Shown one piece after another: positions 27,521 to 35,566 of a stretch of DNA of 64,000 bases. Source of the stretch: an uncultured Nitrospirales bacterium (GTDB lineage: Bacteria > Hydrogenedentota > Hydrogenedentia > Hydrogenedentales > GCA-2746185); the NCBI GenBank assembly GCA_964411925.1, contig CAYPNI010000003.1, positions 2,175 to 66,174 on the forward strand, given 5' to 3'. Numbering within the stretch: the stretch's first letter is position 1; the number at the start of each line of letters is the position of its first letter. The notes below the pieces were generated by a model that did not search any database, was not told the origin of the DNA, and saw only the letters and a list, made by a program, of their open reading frames with translations. The position numbers and the translations under genes are program-made.

Positions 27521-28246
27521 ATGCGCGCGCTTTCGTGCATTCAGGCTTCAATTTCCGTCGCGGTACTGGTGTGCGCCGCGGGCTGTCAGACGACGCCCAA
27601 AGAACCGCCGGCACCGGCGGCGATTCCCGTGGCCGACCTGCGGCCGGTCAATCCGGTATCGACGCTTCACCTCGGCGCTGGGCGCTATCCGAACTTGTTT
27701 TCGCCTGAGTCCCGCGCACTTTGGGTCAACGAGGACGTGGCGCAGGCGAAGCTCGACCGTGAAGTCGCCGCCACCGGCGAGGTGAGCCCGATGCTCGCGG
27801 CGGACGGCGCGGCTATCGCGCAGAACTATTACGTCATCGAAATGCAGCTCGGGTCGCAATTCCCCGATGCCAGCATCGCGTATGACGTTGTGGGCCTGCG
27901 GACGATTGACGTCTATCTGCTGCTGCCGGACGGTACGCGCGTTTGGCCGGTGCAGCGCGTGATGGGCTCGCACGCCAGCGAATCGAACGCGGGGGCGCTC
28001 AAGGCGTACGGGCGCACCAACATCGTCGCGTTTCCGAAGATGGACGTGCTGACCGGCCTGCCCACGATTCCCGGGGACGCGTCGGGCGTGCAACTCGTCC
28101 TCGACGGGTTCAGCTCGGCGTTCAACTTTGAGTGGGCCTTCGTGCCCGCGGTGGACACGCCGCCGGCCGAACCGGCCGAGGGCGGCGGCCTGAAGTTCTC
28201 CGATCTTTTCGAAAGTCTTCGCGAGCTATCCCGCATGACGCAGTAA
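27521..28246 (+). CDS. Lipoprotein of unknown function
   Basis: Start at internal ATG 27521. MRALSCIQASISVAVLVCAAGC is a signal with a lipobox. I recognise no family. Confidence 0.6.
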   Translation: MRALSCIQASISVAVLVCAAGCQTTPKEPPAPAAIPVADLRPVNPVSTLHLGAGRYPNLFSPESRALWVNEDVAQAKLDREVAATGEVSPMLAADGAAIAQNYYVIEMQLGSQFPDASIAYDVVGLRTIDVYLLLPDGTRVWPVQRVMGSHASESNAGALKAYGRTNIVAFPKMDVLTGLPTIPGDASGVQLVLDGFSSAFNFEWAFVPAVDTPPAEPAEGGGLKFSDLFESLRELSRMTQ

Positions 28247-28265
28247 GTTTGCCGGAGGGTGGCCG

Positions 28266-28955
28266 ATGCGCTCGTTCCTGAAGTTCACGTTGACCGGAAT
28301 CGGCCTGGTGCTCATCCTGCTCGGCGTAGCGGCGCTTCTGGTATTCACGCAGGCGCAGGATTTCCTCGGCACGCGCGTGGGGCGCATCGTGTCCGAGGCG
28401 CTGGGGTCGGATGCGCGGGTGGGCGGCGTCGGGCTGGACCCGCGGATTCGGGCCGTGCTCCTTAAGGACGTCGCGCTGAAGAACCCGGCCGGCTTCAAGG
28501 AGGGCGAAGCGCTGACATGCGGCAGCGTGCTGGTGGTGTTTTCCTTTCGTACGCTGCTGTCCGAGGAACCCGCGATTCAACTGATCGAATTGCGCGACAC
28601 GCACATCAATAGCCGGCACGAAGCGGGCCGGGGCACGAACCTCGCCGCGCTCGCCAAGCGCTACGGCGAAGCGCCGGCGCAGGACGGGTTGAAGTTCACC
28701 GTAGACAAGCTCGTGTGCGAGGACGCCAAACTGCACCTCAGCACGAACTTGTTGCCCGGCGCGAGCGTGCCGATTAACCTCGCGAAGATCGAGATGGTGG
28801 ACCTTGCCCACGGCAAGCCGATCACGACTGAACACACGACCTCGCTCTTTTTGCGGACGCTGTTGCGCGAAGTCATTACCGTGAAAGGGCTCGGCGCATC
28901 GATTTACGACTCGATCGGCGCTGAACTGAAAGACCTGGAAAAGGAACCCGCCTAG
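28266..28955 (+). CDS. N-terminally membrane-anchored hypothetical protein (possibly AsmA/DUF748-like)
   Basis: 229 aa. TM helix LTGIGLVLILLGVAALLVF. The rest is beta-rich. The family assignment is tentative. Confidence 0.5.
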   Translation: MRSFLKFTLTGIGLVLILLGVAALLVFTQAQDFLGTRVGRIVSEALGSDARVGGVGLDPRIRAVLLKDVALKNPAGFKEGEALTCGSVLVVFSFRTLLSEEPAIQLIELRDTHINSRHEAGRGTNLAALAKRYGEAPAQDGLKFTVDKLVCEDAKLHLSTNLLPGASVPINLAKIEMVDLAHGKPITTEHTTSLFLRTLLREVITVKGLGASIYDSIGAELKDLEKEPA

Positions 28956-28956
28956 C

Positions 28957-30180
28957 TCACGCCCGGGAGAGAAAGTCCGTCGCGAGCCGGGCCATAACCT
29001 CCGCGCCAATCGGCAGCGCGTCGTCGTTGAAGTCGTACTTCGGGCTGTGAAGCGACGGATAAGACCCGGTCTTGCTGGGATTGACGCCGAGCCAGACGTA
29101 TGCGCCGGGCTTCTTCCGCAAGTAGAACGCGAAATCCTCGGCGCCCATTGTCGCGTGCTCGGGTTCGACGAGTTTTTCGCGGCCGAGTGTGCGCGCGACG
29201 ACGTCCGCCGCGAATGCGCTCATCTGCGGGTCGTTGTGCAGGCAGGGATACGGTTCGCCGGGGAATTCGGTGCGCGCTTCAGCGCGGTGGGCCAACGCCA
29301 CGTGCGTGGCGACGCGCGGGATGGCCTGCGCAAGATGATCGCGGACCCGGCCGTCGAGGGCGCGAAACGTCCCCTCGAGCACAGCCCGCTGCGGGATGAC
29401 GTTCCAGGCGAAACCCGACTCGATGCGTGCGACGGTCACGACGGCCGCGTCCCACGGATTGATCTCGCGGCTGACGAGATTCTGCAACGCCGTGACAATG
29501 TGGCTGGCGACTACAATCGGATCGATCCCGGAGCCGGGGTCGGCGGCGTGTGTGCCTTTGCCGGTGACCGTGATTCTGAAGAAATCCGCGCTCGCCATCG
29601 CCGCGCCATGCTTGACGCCGACTGACCCGAGCGGCAGCCACGGCCAACCGTGGAATCCGAAGGCAGCATCCACACCGTCGAGCACGCCCTCTTCGACCAT
29701 GTAGCGGCCGCCGGCGGCGTTTTCTTCGGCGGGCTGAAACACGAAACGGACCCGGCCCTTGACCAGCGGCAAGTTCCGGCGCAAGGCCCTGACCGCGCCG
29801 CAGAGTGCGGCCATGTGGCCGTCGTGGCCGCAGGCGTGCATTCGTTGCGGGATCCGGGAGGCGTATGGCAGGCCGGTTTCCTCCTGGATCTCGAGCGCGT
29901 CCATGTCGGTGCGAAGCAGGACCGTCCTGGCGCCCTGGCCGTCTAGCGTGGCGACGATGCCGGTGCCTTTCGCGAAACCGCGCTGGTACGGCACGTCCGC
30001 GTCGTCGAGAAACCGGGCGATACGATCGGAGGTCCAGCGTTCCTCGAACCGGATCTCGGGATGCTGGTGGAGTTCGTGACGGAGTTGGACCATTTCGGGG
30101 ATGGCCGCGTGGACGGCGGATCGGAGTTCAGCCGCGGCGTTTTTGTCATTCACGACCATGCCATGCGATTCCCGAGACAA
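28957..30180 (-). CDS. M20-family amidohydrolase (N-acyl-amino acid amidohydrolase / hippurate hydrolase-like)
   Basis: 407 aa. LHQHPE, DMDAL, MHACGHDGH and FQPAEE motifs. Confidence 0.9.
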   Translation of the reverse strand: MSRESHGMVVNDKNAAAELRSAVHAAIPEMVQLRHELHQHPEIRFEERWTSDRIARFLDDADVPYQRGFAKGTGIVATLDGQGARTVLLRTDMDALEIQEETGLPYASRIPQRMHACGHDGHMAALCGAVRALRRNLPLVKGRVRFVFQPAEENAAGGRYMVEEGVLDGVDAAFGFHGWPWLPLGSVGVKHGAAMASADFFRITVTGKGTHAADPGSGIDPIVVASHIVTALQNLVSREINPWDAAVVTVARIESGFAWNVIPQRAVLEGTFRALDGRVRDHLAQAIPRVATHVALAHRAEARTEFPGEPYPCLHNDPQMSAFAADVVARTLGREKLVEPEHATMGAEDFAFYLRKKPGAYVWLGVNPSKTGSYPSLHSPKYDFNDDALPIGAEVMARLATDFLSRA

Positions 30181-30216
30181 CGAACACGTGCGAGTTCAGC
30201 ATACCATTCCCGAGGA

Positions 30217-33200
30217 CTAGAGGCCGATGCCGATATCGCGGAAATCGGTGAGGTTCACTTGGAAACCGACGTCCAGGCCGCGATCGCGGTCGCGAACAAA
30301 TAGTTCGAGTTCCCATTTGTGCAGACGACGCCGAATGCCATACGACTGCCGCGTGATTCGATTTTCGTTGATGTCGAACCGCTGTTCGAATCCGACTGAC
30401 CAGTTCTCGCTCAACTTGTAACCGGCTCCGTACAGCACTTCCTGGTTGAGAATGTCGCCGGCCGCCTGCGTATGCGCGAAACCGATACGGGCATTGAGAT
30501 TGTTCTTGTCGAGCTCGTTGTCGTAGAAAAAGTAGGCGAGTACGCGGTTGAAGTCGTCGCCGTCGGCATCGCCGACGCCTTGGACGTCATGGACTTCTCC
30601 GATTGAATGGATGCCCCACCAGGGGCGCGGCCGGATTTCGACTTCGAGCGCGTAGTCGGCCGATTCCGCCGTTTCATTGTAGAAGTCGTTTCCGGTGTAG
30701 ACCGTCATCCGAGCGACCGGCCAGATCGTGTTCGTTGCGGCGTTGCGGCCCAGGATGATGTTGTCAATCGTGTTTTCCAGGCGGAATCGCGAGGGCCGAT
30801 CATCGAGATCGTCGAACCGCGGAATCTCGGAGGCGTCGACGGTGGCGGCGGGCCGGTACAGCAGCGTAGTCGAGGGGATAATGATGTGTTTGAATCCGGA
30901 GAAATTCGCGACGCCGCGGAACCCACGCTGGAGACGGCCCTGCAAAGTAACGCCGACTGTCGCCGAACCGCGAAGGGCGTCATTGTCCTCGTCGAGATCG
31001 CGCGAGTAGTAAGTCCCGTCCACTTCGACGAACGGCAAGATGTTGAAGCCCGGGGCCACGTTCCAGTCGTAGCTCAAGCGGCCGATGGCCAGCGTTCGGG
31101 CGCTCTCGATTTCGTCGGGCTGGGTTCTGTAATAGCCCGCGACGGTGTCGAACGTGCCGTACAGCCCGCCCGCAGCGGAGCGTTCGAGCAGGTGAAACGT
31201 AAGTTCGGGGAGCTTTTCGGTCTCTCGCGTGAACGAGTGTGTGCTGGGAGCGAAGGTGGCGGTGGTGATGTACTCGGGCCGCGTGCGCGTGAGGTTTATG
31301 AAGGATCGGGGGCCCGTGCGATCGGAGTATTCGCTCGGGTAAAAGTCCTTGACGAAATCCGAATCGGACCATTGCTCCCACTGGACCAGGGCATCGGAAT
31401 TGAGCGTCAGTTCCTGACGGTGATACCACTGGAGGTATCCCCGATCTTCGGTGGTGTAGAGGGTCTGGAATTCGCCATCGCTGCGGTAGAACGTGGCGGC
31501 GGGCGAATCCATCAGGTTGTATTCGCCATCGACACCCACGCCAATACCTTGCTGCGTTGTGGCGTAGATTCGGGGTGCGAGGTTGGCGTGGTCTGTCGCT
31601 TTGAACCACTGCGCAACGTTTAGAAAGGTTCCCAGGTCGGCGCGGGTTCCCAGTTCGAGTTCGGTCGCCAGTACGCGGGAATCCGGCTGGAGCGACATCG
31701 CCGCCCACGGCAGATAAAACGGCGTATTCACCTTGCCGACCTGGAGGCGAACATTGCGTGCGGTCACCCGCTCACCATTGTCCACCTCCGCATTCGAAAG
31801 GCGCAGCCGGTAATGCGGCTCGGGCCGATCGCAGGTGGTCACCCAGAGATCGCGGGCGACTAAATTTCCCGCGCCCTCGATGTGCAGCGTTTCGGACCCG
31901 AAAAAGAGCGGCCCGGCCCGGCCTTCGGTATTCGTTAACGTGCCCGCGCGGGTTCGCAGGTCCAATTCGAGGTGGTCCGCGATAATCTCGCGTTTCCCTT
32001 CCTCTTCCCACACGACGTTTTGCGCGATGAGCGTTCCGGCGGTTTCCCCGGGTGCGAAATCATCTGAGGTTTTGCCGTGCGGCAACAGCGGGTGAGGAAC
32101 GCCACGGGAATTGCTCAAGGGCAGCAGCGGCGTGAGAAGGCCTCCGAGCGCGACTGGCGGGTCCACGATGCGCAGGGTATCCGCGGTGAGGAATGCGCCC
32201 GGTCGCTCGAGTCGGACTTCGCCGCGAAGCTCGACTTCGGAGTCCACCGTTGAAATCGACATCGCGTTGGCGCGAACCAGAGTATCGCCCATTCTGAACG
32301 AGGTCGGTTGATCGGCCTCGATCCGTCCGTCGACCAACCGTAATGATCCGAGATCGGACACCACGTCCTCCGGGCTCTGGCTCCAGTCAACGGACAGGAG
32401 ACTGGAGCTGTCCTTTCCAATCTTCAAGGCCTCCGTGAGTTCCCGTTCGAACGATCCCTCCGGATCGCCGAAATATGGCGGATACGGCGATTTCCCGCGA
32501 ATGTTGCTCCGGCTGGGGCGTTTGGAGAACCTCGGGTCAGGCGTGACCGCATCGGCGGCCGGCGCGGTGTCGATCGCCGACGACGAATCTCTAGTTTCGG
32601 GCGCGACCGCGTCTTCGATCGGCACAGACGCGATTCCGTTCGACGGCGGCGAATCCTCGGCCGCGGTAACGTCAGGCACAACGGCGCCATCGGCCGGCGC
32701 AAGCGCTGTGTCGTTCGATTGCGGCGAATCCTCCGTCGCGGCAGCGTCGGGCGCGACAGCGCCATCGACCGGCGCGGGCACTGTCTCGTTCGATGGCGGT
32801 GAGTCCTCGGTCGCGGGAACGTCAGGCGCGGCGGTGCCGATCGGGGGTTCCAATTGTTCAGGTTGCAGCGGCTCGTCCTGCGCGCGTTGAGCTTGCGCGA
32901 CGACCGCCGGTGGCGGCGGCGTGACCGGCTGCGTCAGGTCGGGACGAACGTTCGTCCCCGGGTCCCCGGTGGCGTCCGGTTGGTCCTGCGCCGCGAGAGC
33001 AAGGCTTCCTGACGGCCCAAGCTGCCATAGAAGATTGCTTCCCGGCGCCCATGCGACGAATCCTCCGTGAAGGTCCAGCGCACGCGACGCCCGCTCGGGG
33101 ATGGGCCACGTGGAGGTTGGCGTGAGTCTCGAGCCGTCCCACGCCAATTCTGTGGCCATAGAGCCCGAGACGCCGATCAGACCTGAGCTGACGCGATCAA

Positions 33201-33918
33201 TCGAAACCGATTCCATCGTTAGTTCGTTCACGATGCGCGCTGAGCCTGTATCGAGCATGAGAATTCGATCGGTTGACGCCAGCGCGACCACGGCGGGCGA
33301 CACCACCTTCAACTGGACCACGCCGGACGCGATTGGAATCGTGCGCGCGCTTTCAAGCGACGCGGGATCGAGAAGCCGGACCTGTTCTGGCGCGTGCACG
33401 AGCACGGCGATTCGATCTCCGGCCCTTGCGGCAGTGACCGGTACGCCGTCTGAGATCATCGCGCGCTTGGATACCACCGCGGACTGTGCGTCAACGAGTG
33501 ATATCGATTGGTCGAAGGGATTCACGATACCGAAGCGGGCGTCGCCGGCGTCGAAGACGACAGTGGCCCCGGAATCGAGTTCAACGGCGCCGTGGACCGA
33601 CCTTGTGCTGGCGTCGATGAGCGTGAGCGAACTGTCGTGGCGGTTGAGGACGGCTACCCACGCACCCGACGCCGCGAGCGCAGCCGGACCATCGCCCGTG
33701 GCAATGCGCGTGACGATCTCGCGCGACCGCGGATCGAGACACAGCACTTCGTCTGTGTCGTACGAAGCCAGATAGACGAGCGCGGAATCCGGTTCGAAGA
33801 GTACGTCGCGAACCGGGTTCGGCGCGGTTAGAATGAGCTGTGGCTCTTGCGCAGTACTCGACGCCGTGCAAACACACAACGCGAGCGCGGCTAGCGCATG
33901 CCCCCGACGGGCCCCCAT
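30217..33918 (-). CDS. lptD: LptD/OstA-family outer-membrane LPS-assembly protein with long N-terminal beta-propeller-like and Pro/Ala/Asp-rich repeat extension
   Basis: Start at ATG 33918 (MGARRGHALAALALCVCTASSTAQE, signal peptide). OstA-like segment (LRGEVRLERPGAFLTADTLRI). VTTCDRPEPHYRLRLSNAEVD...VNTPFYLPWAAMSL and a C-terminal barrel. The N-terminal ~350 aa resemble YVTN-type propeller repeats. Confidence 0.8.
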   Translation of the reverse strand: MGARRGHALAALALCVCTASSTAQEPQLILTAPNPVRDVLFEPDSALVYLASYDTDEVLCLDPRSREIVTRIATGDGPAALAASGAWVAVLNRHDSSLTLIDASTRSVHGAVELDSGATVVFDAGDARFGIVNPFDQSISLVDAQSAVVSKRAMISDGVPVTAARAGDRIAVLVHAPEQVRLLDPASLESARTIPIASGVVQLKVVSPAVVALASTDRILMLDTGSARIVNELTMESVSIDRVSSGLIGVSGSMATELAWDGSRLTPTSTWPIPERASRALDLHGGFVAWAPGSNLLWQLGPSGSLALAAQDQPDATGDPGTNVRPDLTQPVTPPPPAVVAQAQRAQDEPLQPEQLEPPIGTAAPDVPATEDSPPSNETVPAPVDGAVAPDAAATEDSPQSNDTALAPADGAVVPDVTAAEDSPPSNGIASVPIEDAVAPETRDSSSAIDTAPAADAVTPDPRFSKRPSRSNIRGKSPYPPYFGDPEGSFERELTEALKIGKDSSSLLSVDWSQSPEDVVSDLGSLRLVDGRIEADQPTSFRMGDTLVRANAMSISTVDSEVELRGEVRLERPGAFLTADTLRIVDPPVALGGLLTPLLPLSNSRGVPHPLLPHGKTSDDFAPGETAGTLIAQNVVWEEEGKREIIADHLELDLRTRAGTLTNTEGRAGPLFFGSETLHIEGAGNLVARDLWVTTCDRPEPHYRLRLSNAEVDNGERVTARNVRLQVGKVNTPFYLPWAAMSLQPDSRVLATELELGTRADLGTFLNVAQWFKATDHANLAPRIYATTQQGIGVGVDGEYNLMDSPAATFYRSDGEFQTLYTTEDRGYLQWYHRQELTLNSDALVQWEQWSDSDFVKDFYPSEYSDRTGPRSFINLTRTRPEYITTATFAPSTHSFTRETEKLPELTFHLLERSAAGGLYGTFDTVAGYYRTQPDEIESARTLAIGRLSYDWNVAPGFNILPFVEVDGTYYSRDLDEDNDALRGSATVGVTLQGRLQRGFRGVANFSGFKHIIIPSTTLLYRPAATVDASEIPRFDDLDDRPSRFRLENTIDNIILGRNAATNTIWPVARMTVYTGNDFYNETAESADYALEVEIRPRPWWGIHSIGEVHDVQGVGDADGDDFNRVLAYFFYDNELDKNNLNARIGFAHTQAAGDILNQEVLYGAGYKLSENWSVGFEQRFDINENRITRQSYGIRRRLHKWELELFVRDRDRGLDVGFQVNLTDFRDIGIGL
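32604..32829 (-). repeat. Three in-frame 75-bp tandem repeats inside the lptD-like gene
   Basis: Unit ends gtcaggcac (32679), gtcgggcgc (32754) and gtcaggcgc (32829), period 75. They encode APDVPATEDSPPSNETVPAPVDGAV / APDAAATEDSPQSNDTALAPADGAV / VPDVTAAEDSPPSNGIASVPIEDAV. Confidence 0.85.
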
Positions 33919-34264
33919 GACCGAATGTCGCTCCCCCGCTGCAGGCCGGTAAATCGCCCCCAAAGGCCCGCATAATCCGTTGTCGCCGCGACAATTAGCC
34001 CAGAAATTGTCCGCGACGCCGCGAGTATAGCACCACGCCAATTGGCCAACAATTTTCGCAGGTCTGTTCCGTTTGGCACACCACCACGCGGTAAGTTCGT
34101 GCGTCTCGGGGATTTACGACCGGTTTTCGCGGCGGTTTCGTAGTCAGAATCCGCAAGTTGCGGGTATAGTTCATAGGGTCTGTCCAGACACCGGCAGCCC
34201 CATGTAATGCCTATTTAACAGCATCGGCCGCAGGGATTTAGGGATCCGGCTGGGGGAACGTACG

Positions 34265-35518
34265 GTGGCGCTCCGCAATTTGCCCGACGGGAAACGTTTG
34301 GGTGACAGCTTGCGTGCGTTGGAGGACATCCAGCGCCGTGCGGACGCGCTCATCTCAGGCAATCCTACCAGCGCTACCGCGACCAAGACTCCGCCTCCCG
34401 ACACCGCCGATGCGCAATTGCAGGAGCACACCGAGTCGGAAGAGCCGCTGATTCGGGTTGAGTTGCAGGTAGAGCACCCCGCCGCGCAGGAACCGCCGGC
34501 GGTCCAGCCGGCACCCAGCCTTGGCGCCTCGGTGACACCGGCACGCGATCCGTTCCTGGCTTCGCTCGAGGCACTGCGACGTACACTCCGGCACGAGGGT
34601 CCGCGGGAGCCTGGTGCTCCGGCCGCTCCGGAGACTTCGGCGCCCGTCCGTGACGCCGCTCCCACGACGCTCGCGGAAGCGCCGGCTTCTGAACAGACGG
34701 CCTCGGCAACGGAGTCCGGTGTCGAATCGGCAGTGGAGTCGTCGTTCTCGGCGCTCGACGACATGCCGCTGCCGGAACTCGAACGGTCGCCGACGCCGCT
34801 CCCTCGTTCCGACGAGCCCAGATCAACCAAGCGCGAGAAGCGCCGGGAGACGCCTGCGCCAGTTGCACAGAGCGCGCCGGAACAGTCGCTCGGCGACGCA
34901 CTCGACGCAGTGCGCGTGAGCGTGGGGTTGCCCAGGCCTGACAACGGCCACCCGCATCCATCCACCCCGCGCCCGCGAAAACGCCGGCCGCTGTCGGACG
35001 GAATTCCGAAATCGGTCAGCGAGGATTTGCCCAAGTTCAGGGGCAAGCCTCGGATGCGAATCTGCAATCGCTGCGGCCACGAGACTAAGTTGCGGGACCC
35101 GGAGTGCAAGAATTGCGGCAAGGTGGACGAGAGCCTGGGAATTCTGGACGCGGTGATCTCCGGCGACCTGACGAAAGTGGAACAAATCCTACTGGTGCGG
35201 CCGCATTTGATCGCCGTGCAGACCAACCGCCACGCGTGGACGCTGCTGCACATGGCCGCGAGCGGTGGAAACCCGAAGATGACCGAATTGCTCATCTCGA
35301 AGGGCGCGGCGGTCAACGCCACGAACCGGGACGGGAAGTCTCCCCTGCACTACGCTGCCGGGAAGGGCCACCTCAACGTGGTGGAAGCGCTGTTGGCGCA
35401 TTTCGCGGACCCGGACGCGAAGTACAACGGCAAGACGGCGGCAGACCTCGCTCACGAGCACGGCCACCTGGAAGTCGAAACGTACCTGCGGTCGACGAAT
35501 CGTCCAAAACCCGAGTGA
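34265..35518 (+). CDS. Ankyrin-repeat protein with CxxC...CxxC zinc ribbon and long disordered N-terminal region
   Basis: 417 aa, GTG start. ICNRCGHETKLRDPECKNCG zinc ribbon. ANK repeats (WTLLHMAASGGNPKMTELLISKGAAVNATNRDGKSPLHYAAGKGHLNVVEALL). Confidence 0.8.
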   Translation: MALRNLPDGKRLGDSLRALEDIQRRADALISGNPTSATATKTPPPDTADAQLQEHTESEEPLIRVELQVEHPAAQEPPAVQPAPSLGASVTPARDPFLASLEALRRTLRHEGPREPGAPAAPETSAPVRDAAPTTLAEAPASEQTASATESGVESAVESSFSALDDMPLPELERSPTPLPRSDEPRSTKREKRRETPAPVAQSAPEQSLGDALDAVRVSVGLPRPDNGHPHPSTPRPRKRRPLSDGIPKSVSEDLPKFRGKPRMRICNRCGHETKLRDPECKNCGKVDESLGILDAVISGDLTKVEQILLVRPHLIAVQTNRHAWTLLHMAASGGNPKMTELLISKGAAVNATNRDGKSPLHYAAGKGHLNVVEALLAHFADPDAKYNGKTAADLAHEHGHLEVETYLRSTNRPKPE

Positions 35519-35566
35519 CGACCCAAGCGGCTCCAGGCCGCGAAACAGTCCCGGAACACTCCCGTA

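Noticed and set aside
32604-32829. Regularly spaced repeats that could superficially suggest a CRISPR array
   Set aside because: The units are contiguous with no spacers, in frame, and encode a repeated peptide inside the lptD-like ORF. No cas genes are present in the window.
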